From positions 23,908 to 87,907 of the forward strand of contig JACKLE010000006.1 of NCBI GenBank assembly GCA_024236075.1: DNA of 64,000 bases, in the 5' to 3' direction. Shown here in pieces: positions 36,733-46,576 of this stretch. Positions within the stretch are counted from its first letter, which is position 1, and each line of letters starts with the position of its first letter. Source of the stretch: Alphaproteobacteria bacterium. GTDB lineage: Bacteria > Pseudomonadota > Alphaproteobacteria > JACAEB01. A program made the position numbers and the translations under genes. The notes under the pieces were generated by a model. That model did no database searches. It saw only the letters and a list, made by a program, of their open reading frames with translations, and was not told where the DNA came from.

Positions 36733-38706
36733 ATGCTCGCGAGACTAGCCAAGCTCCCGTTTCGGCTGAAGATTTTTCTGACCGTGGCGTCCGTGATCGT
36801 GCTGGCGCTCACCGCCACGGCGAGCGCCATGCTCATCCGCGAGAACGCCTCCTATCGCAACGCCAAGTACAAGGAGCTTCAGGCGGTGGCCGACGTGCTC
36901 GCCGCCAACACCGCCGCCGCGGTGGTGTTCGAGGACGTGCAGGCGGCCGAGCAGACGCTGGCCGGCATCAGGTCCGTCGCCGACCTCGCCCACGGGGAAA
37001 TTCGTCTCGCGAATGGCCGGACCTTCGTTCGCTTCGAGACGGCGCTGGCGAGCGACAAGAAGGACGGGCGCATGCATGTCAGCGCGCCGATCCGCGTCGA
37101 CGGCCGGCCTATCGGCGCGGTCATTCTCGAGGCCGTCGACGACGACCTCGACAAGATGCGCCTGGAAGGGGTCGTCATAGGCGGGTTCATCAGCCTCGTC
37201 GCGCTGATTCTTTCGCTCGTCCTGTCCTCCGTCTCGATCCGGATCGTCACCAAGCCCCTTAACGATGTCGCGACCGCCATGGTTCATGCGGGCCGCGAGA
37301 AGGACTACACGGCGCGCCTCGCGCGCACCACGAACGACGAGATCGGCCTGCTCGTCGACAGCTTCAACTCCATGCTTGCCGAGGTCAAGGATCGCGACGA
37401 GGAGCTTCGCCTCCACAAGATCAATCTGGAGCACACCGTCGAGCAGCGCACCAAGGAGCTGCGCGAAGCGGTCGATGCGCTCGTCCTCGCCAAGGACAAG
37501 GCCGAGGCCGCAAGCATCGCGAAGTCGCAGTTCCTGGCGAGCATGAGCCACGAGATCCGTACACCGATGAACGGCGTGATGGGGATGGCCGAGCTCCTCC
37601 TGCGCATGCCGCTCGAGCCGGACGTGAAGCGCCAGGTCGGCACGATTCACGAATGCGCGGTCACGCTCATCACGATCATCAACGAGATCATGGATTTCTC
37701 GAAGATCGAGGCGGGCCAGCTCGAGCTCGAGCGCATCGCCTTCAGCCTGCGCGCCACCTGCGACTATGTCTACAGCCTCTTCCACGAGACCGCGAAAGGC
37801 AAGGGCCTCGATCTCACGGTCGAAGTGGCCGCCGACGCCTACGACGATCTCATCGGCGATCCGACGCGGCTCCGCCAGATCATGATCAACCTCACCCAGA
37901 ACGCGATCAAGTTCACGAACGAAGGCGCCGTGACGATCCGCGTCTGGGACGAAGCTCCGGAGAAGGACGGCGCGCGCGGGCGGCGGCACACGAGCGAGCT
38001 GCGCATCGCGATTTGCGACACGGGCATCGGCATTCCGCAAGCCAAGCTCTCGGAGATCTTCAGCGCCTTCACGCAGGTCGACCAGTCGACGACGCGCAAA
38101 TTTGGCGGCACCGGGCTCGGCCTCACCATCGTGCGCCGCCTGGCCCAGGCGATGGGCGGCGATGTGAGCGTCGAAAGCGAGGAGGGCGTGGGCAGCACCT
38201 TTACGGTGGCCATTCCCTTCGCGCGCGGCGTGAAGCGGCAGGCGAGCGAGGAGCGCGCCTCCGCGCCCACGATCGGAGGCATACGCCGCGAATTCGTCGG
38301 AACGAAGGTGCTCGTCGTCGAGGACAACGCGATCAACTATTCCTACGTCAGCGCCTGCCTCACCGAGTTCGGCTGCACGTTCGAATGGGCGAAGAACGGT
38401 CAGATCGCGCTCGATATGCTTGAGGCGGACGAGTTCGATATCGTGCTCATGGATGGCAGCATGCCGGTCATGGACGGCTATGAGGCCAGCCGCGCGCTGC
38501 GCGAGCGCGGCGATCTCGGCCGCGACGGCGAGCGCCTCGTCATCGTCGCCCTGACCGCTCACGCGACGGGCGCCGATGCGCTGAAGAGCATCGAGGTCGG
38601 AATGGACGACTACATTTCCAAGCCCTTCACGGTGGAGCTGCTCGCCGGCGTCTTGCGCAAATGGGCGAAGGCCAAGAGCGAAGACCAGGCGCGCGCGGCG
38701 AGCTGA
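36733..38706 (+). CDS. Hybrid sensor histidine kinase/response regulator (2 TM, periplasmic sensor, HAMP, HisKA, HATPase_c, REC)
   Basis: ORF track 36733..38706(+). H-box SMSHEIRTPMNGVMG, G-box GTGLGLTIVRRL, receiver VLVVEDN...DIVLMDGSMPVMDG. Confidence 0.9.
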   Translation: MLARLAKLPFRLKIFLTVASVIVLALTATASAMLIRENASYRNAKYKELQAVADVLAANTAAAVVFEDVQAAEQTLAGIRSVADLAHGEIRLANGRTFVRFETALASDKKDGRMHVSAPIRVDGRPIGAVILEAVDDDLDKMRLEGVVIGGFISLVALILSLVLSSVSIRIVTKPLNDVATAMVHAGREKDYTARLARTTNDEIGLLVDSFNSMLAEVKDRDEELRLHKINLEHTVEQRTKELREAVDALVLAKDKAEAASIAKSQFLASMSHEIRTPMNGVMGMAELLLRMPLEPDVKRQVGTIHECAVTLITIINEIMDFSKIEAGQLELERIAFSLRATCDYVYSLFHETAKGKGLDLTVEVAADAYDDLIGDPTRLRQIMINLTQNAIKFTNEGAVTIRVWDEAPEKDGARGRRHTSELRIAICDTGIGIPQAKLSEIFSAFTQVDQSTTRKFGGTGLGLTIVRRLAQAMGGDVSVESEEGVGSTFTVAIPFARGVKRQASEERASAPTIGGIRREFVGTKVLVVEDNAINYSYVSACLTEFGCTFEWAKNGQIALDMLEADEFDIVLMDGSMPVMDGYEASRALRERGDLGRDGERLVIVALTAHATGADALKSIEVGMDDYISKPFTVELLAGVLRKWAKAKSEDQARAAS

Positions 38707-38717
38707 GTCTCGTTCGA

Positions 38718-41700
38718 CTACTCGTCGCCGAGCGCGAGAAGGTCCCTGCTGCCGCCCAGCGCCATGAGATTTTCGCTCAGTACACGCTCCACGGCGAAGC
38801 GGGTCAGGTAGTGCGGCCCGCCCGCCTTGGGGCCGGTGCCCGATAGCCCCTCGCCCCCGAAGGGCTGGCTTCCGACGGCTGCGCCGACCATGTGGCGGTT
38901 CACGTAGGCATTGCCCGCGCGCACGCCGGCCAGAGCCTCCTCGACGGCGGCACCGATGCGGCTCTGCAGACCGAAGGTGAGCCCGAATCCCAATGCGTTC
39001 AGCTCGTCGACCGCGGCGGCGAAGCCTTCCGCCCGAATGCGCCGCACGTGCAGGATGGGCCCGAAGACCTCGCCGCCGATCTCGGAGAGCCTGTCGATCT
39101 CGACGAGGTGCGGGGCGAAGAAATGCCCTTGGTCAGGCACGCCGATGCGAGCGGCGCGCACGCGATGGCCGCTCTCCTGCATACGGATGATATGCGCCTC
39201 GAGCCGTCCGCGCGCCGCCGCGTCGATGATCGGACCGATGTCGCTGTCGCAGGCGCGGGGATCGCAGAGCACGAGCGCGTCCATCGCGCCGCCTAGGAGC
39301 GCTAGGAGATCGTTCGCGATCTCCTCCTGGACCATCAGGACACGCAGCGAGGAGCAGCGCTGGCCCGCCGAGAGGAAGGCGGAGCGCACCACGTCGTCGA
39401 CGACCTGCTCGGGCACGGCGGTCGAATCGACGAGCATGGCGTTGAGCCCGCCCGTCTCTGCGATGAACGGCACGATCGGGCCGTCGCGCGCTGCGAGCGC
39501 CCGGTTGATGGCTCGCGCGGTCTCGGTCGAGCCCGTGAACGCGACGCCGGCGATGCGCGGCTCGGCGACGAGGCGCGCGCCGACGCTCTCCCCGCGTCCG
39601 GGAAGGAAGGCAAGCGCGTCGCGCGGCACGCCCGCCGCGTGGAAATGCGCGACCGCTTCGGCCGCGACGAAGGGCGTTTCTTCCGCCGGCTTGGCGAGGA
39701 CGCAATTCCCGGCGGCGAGCGCCGCCGCGACCTGGCCCGTGAAGATCGCGAGCGGAAAGTTCCAGGGGCTGATGCAGGCAAAGACGCCGCGGCCGTGAAG
39801 GCCGAGGCGGTTCGCCTCGCCGCTCGGACCGGGAAGACGGGCCGGCGCCGCGAAATCGGCGCGCGCGCGCGCCGCGTAGTACCGGCAGAAGTCGACGGCC
39901 TCGCGGACTTCGCTCTCGGCATCGCCGATCGTCCGCCCGCCCTCGCGTATGATGAGGGCCATGAGGGGCAGCTTGTCGGCCTCGAGCCGCGCGGCGACGG
40001 CCTCGAGCAGACCCGCGCGGCGCTCGCCGCCGAGCCTGTCCCAGGCCGGCTGCGCGGCGGCGGCTGCGGCGAGAGCCGACGCGATCTCCTCCCCGCCCGG
40101 CTCGGCGAGGACGCCGAGCACATCGTCCGGGCGCGCCGGGTTTCGGCTCTCGATCGAGGCTCCCTTGCCGGCGGCGCCGCCCCGCACGCGGCCCGCCTCG
40201 GCGTCGCAGGCCGCCGCTATCCTCGCCAGGACGCGGCGGTCGGCGAGATCGAGGCCGGAGGAATTCTCGCGCTCCTCGCCGTAGAGGGCGGACGGCGCGC
40301 GGATCGCGGGATGCGGGAAGGGCCGCAGCGCCGCGAGCGCGGTTGCCGGGTCGCGCGCGAGCAGCTCGGGCGGCGCCTCGGCATCGAGGAAGCGGTTGAC
40401 GAAGGAGGTGTTCGCGCCGTTCTCGAGCAGCCGGCGCACCAGATAGGCGAGGAGGTCGCGATGGCCGCCTACCGGCGCGTAGACGCGCGTCGCAGGCATG
40501 GAGGCAACGAGCTCGTGCGCGGCGGCGTGGACGCGCTCTCCCATGCCGTAGAGGCGCTGGAACTCGAAGTCGCGGCGCGGTCCCGCGAGCGCCATGACGG
40601 CGGCGATCGTATGGGCGTTGTGCGTCGCGAACTGGGGAAAGAGGGCCGAGCCGGCCCGGAACATGTCGCGTGCACAGACGAGATAGCTGAGATCGGTGGC
40701 CGCCTTCCGCGTGAAGACGGGAAATCCCGGAAGTCCGCGCTCCTGCGCGCGCTTGATTTCGCTGTCCCAGTAGGCGCCCTTGACGAGGCGAACGCCGAAC
40801 CGGCGCCCGCCGGCGCGCGCGAGCTCGCCGGTCCATGCGACGACGGCGCGCGCGCGCTTGCCATAGGCCTGCACCGCGAGGCCGAGTCCCTCCCAGGAGC
40901 CGAGGCCGGGCTCGCCGGCAAGGCGCCTGAAGAGGCTGAGCGAGAGCTCCAGCCGGTCGGCTTCCTCCGCGTCGACGGTGAGGGCGAGCCCGCGCGTCGC
41001 GGCGCCCTCGCAAAGGGCGAGCAGGCGGGGATAGAGCTCGGCATGAACCAGCTCCGCATGCGCGACGTCGTAGCGCGGATGGAGCGCGGAGAGCTTCACC
41101 GAGATGCCGTTGCCCTCGGCCGTCTCGCCGACATGCCCGTCGCCGAGAGCGGCGATGGCATGCTCGTAGGCCGCCGCATAGCGCTCGGCGCTCGCCCGGT
41201 CGCGGGCCCCTTCGCCGAGCATGTCGAACGAGAAGCGCGCGCCGGCGGGAGCGTTCCGCGCCCGGCTCAGCGCCTCCTCGATGGTGCGGCCCATGACGAA
41301 TTCGCCTGCGAGAATGCGCATCGCGGAAACGAGCGCCGCGCGCACGAGAGGCTCGCCGCCGCGCGCGGCCACGCGGCGCAGGAGCCCGAGCGGCTCGGAG
41401 CCGGAATCCTCGCCCAGCTCGACGATGCGTCCCGTGAGCATCAGCCCGTAGGTCGCCGCGTTGACGAGAAGCGAGTGCGAGCGCCCCAGATGCTCCTCCC
41501 ACGCGCCGTGCGCGACCTTGTCGGCTATGAGCGCGTCGGCGGTCGCGGCGTCGGGCACGCGCAGCAGCGCTTCCGCGAGGCACATGAGCGCCACGCCTTC
41601 CGCGTCGGTGAGGCCGAATGCGCCGAGAAAGGCATCGAGGAGGCTGTGCTCGCCCGCACGGGCGCGCGCCGCCCCGATGAGGCGAGCGGCCTCGGCCGTC

Positions 41701-41855
41701 GCCCTCTCGCCCAGCTCGCCGGCGAGCGGCGCCTCGGCGAGAAGGCGCGGCACCAGGCTTTCCTCGCTCTCGAACGCGTCCGCGTCCAGCTTCGGCCAGG
41801 ACGCGTCCACGAGCGCGGCAAGCTCGGCCGCGGATGGGGATCTCCGGCGAGCCAT
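38718..41855 (-). CDS. putA: Bifunctional proline dehydrogenase / L-glutamate-gamma-semialdehyde (P5C) dehydrogenase
   Basis: Track ORF 38718..41942(-). Start at MARRRSPSAAELAAL (ATG 41855). PRODH barrel and ALDH catalytic motifs (FTGSTETARAI; EAG GKNA-like GGLNAMLV; catalytic Cys region SAFLSAGQRCSSLRVL). No N-terminal RHH DNA-binding domain. Confidence 0.9.
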   Translation of the reverse strand: MARRRSPSAAELAALVDASWPKLDADAFESEESLVPRLLAEAPLAGELGERATAEAARLIGAARARAGEHSLLDAFLGAFGLTDAEGVALMCLAEALLRVPDAATADALIADKVAHGAWEEHLGRSHSLLVNAATYGLMLTGRIVELGEDSGSEPLGLLRRVAARGGEPLVRAALVSAMRILAGEFVMGRTIEEALSRARNAPAGARFSFDMLGEGARDRASAERYAAAYEHAIAALGDGHVGETAEGNGISVKLSALHPRYDVAHAELVHAELYPRLLALCEGAATRGLALTVDAEEADRLELSLSLFRRLAGEPGLGSWEGLGLAVQAYGKRARAVVAWTGELARAGGRRFGVRLVKGAYWDSEIKRAQERGLPGFPVFTRKAATDLSYLVCARDMFRAGSALFPQFATHNAHTIAAVMALAGPRRDFEFQRLYGMGERVHAAAHELVASMPATRVYAPVGGHRDLLAYLVRRLLENGANTSFVNRFLDAEAPPELLARDPATALAALRPFPHPAIRAPSALYGEERENSSGLDLADRRVLARIAAACDAEAGRVRGGAAGKGASIESRNPARPDDVLGVLAEPGGEEIASALAAAAAAQPAWDRLGGERRAGLLEAVAARLEADKLPLMALIIREGGRTIGDAESEVREAVDFCRYYAARARADFAAPARLPGPSGEANRLGLHGRGVFACISPWNFPLAIFTGQVAAALAAGNCVLAKPAEETPFVAAEAVAHFHAAGVPRDALAFLPGRGESVGARLVAEPRIAGVAFTGSTETARAINRALAARDGPIVPFIAETGGLNAMLVDSTAVPEQVVDDVVRSAFLSAGQRCSSLRVLMVQEEIANDLLALLGGAMDALVLCDPRACDSDIGPIIDAAARGRLEAHIIRMQESGHRVRAARIGVPDQGHFFAPHLVEIDRLSEIGGEVFGPILHVRRIRAEGFAAAVDELNALGFGLTFGLQSRIGAAVEEALAGVRAGNAYVNRHMVGAAVGSQPFGGEGLSGTGPKAGGPHYLTRFAVERVLSENLMALGGSRDLLALGDE

Positions 41856-42019
41856 GCCCTCACCTTCCTCGCGCGAGACGGAATTCGGGAATCGACCCCG
41901 ATCGCGCGGCATTCGAGCAGAGAATGGGATCGCGCGCCGCAATTTCCATGCTTGTCCTAAACCCGAAACACACGATCTTTCGTCAAGGCTTTCGTCTGCG
42001 CACAGCTAGAGGAGATGGG

Positions 42020-42925
42020 ATGGCACACGCTCGACCGTCGGAACGCCCTTCGGGCCGTGCACCGCTCTTTCTCATGGCGAGCCCGCGCCATTTCGAGGTC
42101 GCCTACGCGATCAATCCCTGGATGCGGCCGGACATTTGGGCGGACGACAAGGCGGGCCACGGGCGCGCCGCGGGCGCCGCCTTCGGCGCGCTCGAGGAAG
42201 GCCTCCTCGCCGCCGGCGGCGAGGTGCGGCTTGTCGACGGCGCGGCGGGCCTGCCCGATATGGTGTTCACGGCCAATGCGGCCGTCGTGCTCGACGGCCG
42301 CGCGCTCCTCGCGCGCTTTCGCCATCCCGAGCGGCGCGGCGAGGAGGCGGAGTTCGCGCGCCTGTTCGAGGGCTTCCGGCGGGAGGGGCTCTTGAGCGCC
42401 GTCGAGAGCCTTCCCGAAGGACTCTTTCAGGAGGGCGCGGGCGACTGCGTGTGGGACGAGGCGCGCCAGCTCTTCTGGGGCGGATACGGCCCGCGATCGA
42501 GCCTCCAGTCCCATCGCGCCGTGGCGGGCTTCTTCGACCGCGAGGTCGTTTCGCTCGAGCTCGCGACGCAGCGCTACTACCATCTCGACGTCGCCCTGTC
42601 GGCCTTGCCGGGCGGCGAGGTTCTCTACTACCCGGCGGCCTTCGCGCCGGCCGCGCGCCATGCCATTGCCGATCGCGTTCCTCCGGACAGCCTTGTCGCG
42701 GTGGGCGAGCCGGAGGCCGCGGCCTTCGGGCTCAATATCGTCTGTGTGGGTCGCGATCTCGTCATGGCGCGCACGACGCCCCGGCTTCGGGCGATCCTCG
42801 CCGAGAGGGGCTACGCCGTGCGCGAGGTCGATCTCGATCCCTTCCTCCTTGCCGGCGGCGCGGCTTTTTGCCTGACCTTGCGCCTCGACCGGCGCTCCGG
42901 AGACGGAGAAAGGACGCCCGCATGA
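42020..42925 (+). CDS. Amidinotransferase-superfamily enzyme (DDAH/arginine-deiminase-like, Cys nucleophile in GGAAFCLT)
   Basis: Internal ATG (GGAG RBS) of track ORF 41834..42925. [24 protein letters not shown] and C-terminal GG...C.T fit the guanidino-group-modifying enzyme fold. Divergent from putA. Confidence 0.65.
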   Translation: MAHARPSERPSGRAPLFLMASPRHFEVAYAINPWMRPDIWADDKAGHGRAAGAAFGALEEGLLAAGGEVRLVDGAAGLPDMVFTANAAVVLDGRALLARFRHPERRGEEAEFARLFEGFRREGLLSAVESLPEGLFQEGAGDCVWDEARQLFWGGYGPRSSLQSHRAVAGFFDREVVSLELATQRYYHLDVALSALPGGEVLYYPAAFAPAARHAIADRVPPDSLVAVGEPEAAAFGLNIVCVGRDLVMARTTPRLRAILAERGYAVREVDLDPFLLAGGAAFCLTLRLDRRSGDGERTPA

Positions 42926-44163
42926 GCCCCATCGCCACGCCGCCTTCGCCGGCGGCCGAGCTCATCGCCACGGAGCACGAGCTCGGCGCCCACAACTACA
43001 AGCCGCTCGACGTCATGCTGACCCGCGGCGAGGGCGTGTGGCTCTGGGACATCGACGGCAATCGCTATCTCGATTGCCTGGCCGGATATTCGGCCGTCAA
43101 TCAGGGGCACTGCCATCCGCGCATCCTCAAGGCTCTGGTCGAGCAGGCCGGACGCCTGACGCTGACCTCGCGCGCCTTCCGCAACGATCGCCTGGCGCCC
43201 TTCTACGAGAAGCTCTCGGAGCTCACCGGCAGCCACAAGATCCTGCCCATGAACTCGGGCGCCGAAGCCGTCGAAAGCGCGATCAAATCCGTGCGCAAAT
43301 GGGGCTACGAGGTGAAGGGCGTGCCGGAGGACGAAGCCGAAATCGTCGTCTGCGCCGACAATTTTCACGGCCGCACGATCGCCATCGTCGGCTTCTCGAC
43401 CGATCCGTCCGCGCGGCGCCATTTCGGGCCGTTCGCGCCGGGATTCCGCGTCGTGCCCTTCGGCGACATCGCGGCGCTCGAGGCGGCGATCACGCCCAAG
43501 ACCGTCGCCTTTCTCGTCGAGCCGATCCAGGGCGAGGCCGGCGTCATCATTCCGCCGGCGGGCTATTTCGCCGCCGTGCGCGAGCTCTGCACGCGGAAGG
43601 GCGTCACGCTCATCCTCGACGAGATCCAGACCGGCCTCGGGCGAACGGGCGAAATGCTGGCCGAGGAGCACGAGGGCATCGAGGCCGACGTGACGCTCGT
43701 GGGCAAGGCCCTGTCCGGCGGCTTCTATCCGATCTCGGCGGTGCTCTCGAACAGCGAGGTTCTCGGCGTGCTGCGGCCCGGCGAGCACGGCTCGACCTTC
43801 GGCGGCAATCCGCTCGCCTGCGCCATCGCGGTCGCCGCGCTCGACGTGCTCGTGGAGGAGGATCTCATCGGCAATGCGGCCCGCCTCGGGCCCTACGTCC
43901 TGGAGGCGCTCAAGGCGCTCCCAAAATCTGTCGTGAACCGGGTGCGCGGGCGGGGGCTGATGATTGCGCTCGACATCGAGCCCGCGGCCGGCTCGGCCCG
44001 CCAATATGCCGTGGCCCTGGCGCGCGAGGGCCTGCTCTGCAAGGAAACGCACGGGCAGACGCTGCGCATCTCGCCGCCTCTCGTCATCACCAAGGACCAG
44101 GCCGATTGGGCCATCGAGCGTCTCGGGAAGGTCCTGTCGCGCGAGGCGGCCGCCGGCGCCTGA
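42922..44163 (+). CDS. rocD: Ornithine--oxo-acid aminotransferase
   Basis: Last 413 codons of track ORF 42136..44163. ATG 42922 overlaps the upstream stop (ATGA). [49 protein letters not shown] is near-diagnostic for OAT. PLP lysine region [11 protein letters not shown]. Confidence 0.9.
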   Translation: MSPIATPPSPAAELIATEHELGAHNYKPLDVMLTRGEGVWLWDIDGNRYLDCLAGYSAVNQGHCHPRILKALVEQAGRLTLTSRAFRNDRLAPFYEKLSELTGSHKILPMNSGAEAVESAIKSVRKWGYEVKGVPEDEAEIVVCADNFHGRTIAIVGFSTDPSARRHFGPFAPGFRVVPFGDIAALEAAITPKTVAFLVEPIQGEAGVIIPPAGYFAAVRELCTRKGVTLILDEIQTGLGRTGEMLAEEHEGIEADVTLVGKALSGGFYPISAVLSNSEVLGVLRPGEHGSTFGGNPLACAIAVAALDVLVEEDLIGNAARLGPYVLEALKALPKSVVNRVRGRGLMIALDIEPAAGSARQYAVALAREGLLCKETHGQTLRISPPLVITKDQADWAIERLGKVLSREAAAGA

Positions 44164-44170
44164 AGCGAGC

Positions 44171-44200
44171 GGCCCCGGTGCGCGGGCGCGCACCGGGGCC
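44171..44200. terminator. Perfect 14-bp palindrome GGCCCCGGTGCGCG-gg-CGCGCACCGGGGCC, a candidate bidirectional terminator between convergent genes
   Basis: Begins 8 nt after the rocD stop. GC-rich stem. No obvious U-tract, as is common in high-GC genomes. Confidence 0.4.
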
Positions 44201-44502
44201 CATGTCACCTTGGAGCTTTCGTCAGTCTACGTGCCAGGCGGGCTTCACCGAGACGCTCGATGGCCCGTCGGCGTCGGCGGCAGCGATGCCGCCGGAACGC
44301 GATCGGCGCATGACTATTCCTCCCCGACGGCAGGCACGGTCCCCCGTGCGCGCACAGGTCGGCCCGCCATTCGATTGTTTGTATAGGAACCGACGCCAGA
44401 CGTGATCGCAGCCTATCGACGCGACCTGGCCGCGCCGAATTGGGCTATATCCGCGAATTGACCCCAGTCAAGGGAGGCTTCAGTCCTAGGCGGCCGGTTC
44501 GT

Positions 44503-45666
44503 CTATTGTACGGCGGCGTTGACCGCGCCGCCCGTTCCGCGTTCGGAGGAAATGCCCCAGAGCAGGCGGCCGCCCTGATCCACGTCGAGCGTGGCGCGCT
44601 TCAGGGCCGCGCTTTCCTTCAATGCCGCATAGGCCTCCGGCAGATCGAGGAAGCGCTCGGGGATCGCGCGCGTGCCCCAGTTCACGGCCTTGTGCTCGAA
44701 CTCGTTCGTCGCGAAGCGAGTCCAGGTGAGGTTGAGGCCGGCGAAATCCTGTGGGCTGACGAAATCGCCGCGGATGTCGAAGTCGTTGTATTTGTTGCGC
44801 TCGATCTGAAGGCGCACGAGGATCGCGTCTTCGCGCCAGCTCGCGCGCGTATCCTTGACCATCTCGCCGACGACGGCCGGCACGTCCTTCGGGAGCCGCG
44901 GCCCGGAATCCGTCAGCGCAAAGAGCGGCTGCTGGTGCACGCGCGTCCAGACGGTGCGCCCGAGCCGGCCCTCGAAGACGAGCGTGTCGTGGTCGGGCCG
45001 CGAGAACACGCCTTCGTCTTCGAAGATGTTGGTGCGCGACTTCAGCGTGTAGTGGCGCCCGGTAAAGGTCATCCTGCCGGCATGTCCGTACACGGCATCG
45101 TGGATCGTGTAGGTGCCGTCGTCGCGGATCTCAAGGACCTGCCTCCAGGTGCCGGTCGGCGGCCCCAGATTGAGGAAGATCTCCCAGAGGCCATAGGCGC
45201 CCTCGCTCGCGGCGAGGTCCTCGTCCTGGGCGGCGGGCTTCTCCTCGGTGAAGCGGTCGACGACGCGGTCGCTCTCCGCCGGCCCCGCCTTTTGGGTAGG
45301 CGCCGGGCCCGCGGGCGTCGGCGCGGAGGGCCAGAGGAAGATCGCGAGGAGCGCGACGAGAAGCGCGCCGAGCGCCGAAGGCAGCGCCCAGGCGGGCAGG
45401 CCGAGCCGCTCGAAGGCTTCGAGCAGGCCCCGCATCGGGTTGGGCCGTGGGGGAACGGGCTCCGGCCGCCTGGCGCCCTTGTCGGCGAGGTCGTCCTTCG
45501 CGGCGCTGCCGCCGTCGGGGGGCGTATCCGATTTTTGCGGCGCCCAGGCCTTGGCGCCGCCGCCGGCCGCCGGCGAGCCGCATTGCGGGCAGCGCTCGGA
45601 GCTGGCGAGGTCGAAAATATGGCCCTCCTCGCAAAATTTGAGGTTCTGCGCTCCGCCCTCCGCCAT
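44503..45666 (-). CDS. Zinc-ribbon / single-TM / Pro-rich / periplasmic-domain protein; hypothetical
   Basis: Track ORF 44503..45729(-). Start at MAEGGAQNLKFCEEGHIFDLASSERCPQCGS (C..H...CxxC ribbon). Pro-rich linkers flank one TM (LPAWALPSALGALLVALLAIFLW). ~250-aa C-terminal domain of unknown family. Confidence 0.55.
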   Translation of the reverse strand: MAEGGAQNLKFCEEGHIFDLASSERCPQCGSPAAGGGAKAWAPQKSDTPPDGGSAAKDDLADKGARRPEPVPPRPNPMRGLLEAFERLGLPAWALPSALGALLVALLAIFLWPSAPTPAGPAPTQKAGPAESDRVVDRFTEEKPAAQDEDLAASEGAYGLWEIFLNLGPPTGTWRQVLEIRDDGTYTIHDAVYGHAGRMTFTGRHYTLKSRTNIFEDEGVFSRPDHDTLVFEGRLGRTVWTRVHQQPLFALTDSGPRLPKDVPAVVGEMVKDTRASWREDAILVRLQIERNKYNDFDIRGDFVSPQDFAGLNLTWTRFATNEFEHKAVNWGTRAIPERFLDLPEAYAALKESAALKRATLDVDQGGRLLWGISSERGTGGAVNAAVQ

Positions 45667-45694
45667 GCCGTGGTCCCCCTCCTGGACGGCTCCG

Positions 45695-46552
45695 TCAGCG
45701 CTTGCGCCGCGAGCGCGGGCCGGAACCATAGTCGCCGAACGGCGCGTCGCGGCGGCGCACGGCCTCGCGGAAACCGACTTCGCGCGCCAGCGTCACGAAG
45801 TCGTCCCCTTCCTGCGTGTGCCGGGCGACGCCGTCAAGAAAGATGCCAACCGTGCGGGTCGACTGCACGCCCATATTCTCCGCCATCTGGTTGCAATAGA
45901 GCTTGATCATCTGAAGCTGATTGAGCGGCACCAGCGCCATGCGCTTCGCGAGCGCCGTCGCCTCGTCGAGGAGGCGCTCAGGCGGCACGATTTCGTGCAC
46001 GAGGCCGATCTCCTTCGCCTTGGGCGCGGAAATCTCGTCGCCCGTCAGGAGATAGCGCTTGGCGTTCTCGAAACCGACGCGGAACACCCACATCGGCGTC
46101 GTCGGCACGCCCCACAGGCGCGAGGTCGGATAGCCGAACACGGAGTCCTCCGCCGCGACGATGAGGTCGGACCAGAGCACGAGATCCGTGCCCCCGCAGA
46201 TGCACCAGCCCTGCACGGCGGCGACAGTGGGCTTGGAGGCGTACCAGAGCTTCTGATAGACCGAGACGAAGCCCGACATCATGCGGTAGTCGGCCATCGA
46301 GTCCCATTTGCGCGTGCGCCCTTCCTTCTCGGACTGCGCCTCGGTCGACCAGTCCAGTCCGTACCCGGCGCAAAAGGCGGGCCCCTCCGAGCGCAGCAGG
46401 ATGACCTTGACGCCCTTGGCGGCGTCGGCCTCGTCGATCGCCTGTCCGAGCTCGCTCGCCAATTCATGCGTGATCGTGTTGTAGGCCTCGGGCCGCGTCA
46501 GCACGATCGTGCGCACGCCGTCCGCCGTCTCCGTCCGCAAGGTCGTTCCCAT
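45695..46552 (-). CDS. Enoyl-CoA hydratase/isomerase (crotonase) family protein
   Basis: ORF track 45695..46552(-). ...VILLRSEGPAFCAGYGLD... is the oxyanion-hole segment. ...AAVQGWCICGGTDLVLWSDLIVAAEDSVFGYP... Confidence 0.8.
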   Translation of the reverse strand: MGTTLRTETADGVRTIVLTRPEAYNTITHELASELGQAIDEADAAKGVKVILLRSEGPAFCAGYGLDWSTEAQSEKEGRTRKWDSMADYRMMSGFVSVYQKLWYASKPTVAAVQGWCICGGTDLVLWSDLIVAAEDSVFGYPTSRLWGVPTTPMWVFRVGFENAKRYLLTGDEISAPKAKEIGLVHEIVPPERLLDEATALAKRMALVPLNQLQMIKLYCNQMAENMGVQSTRTVGIFLDGVARHTQEGDDFVTLAREVGFREAVRRRDAPFGDYGSGPRSRRKR

Positions 46553-46576
46553 CGCGTCGTCTCCTTCCCTCTGGGC

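Noticed and set aside
44201-44502. Possible gene or sRNA in the 300-bp gap after rocD (AT-richer core TTGTTTGTATAGG, direct CGAATTG repeats, an AAGGGAGG motif)
   Set aside because: No start codon follows the SD-like motif and no ORF with plausible composition is present. There is insufficient evidence for a specific RNA call. Left unannotated.
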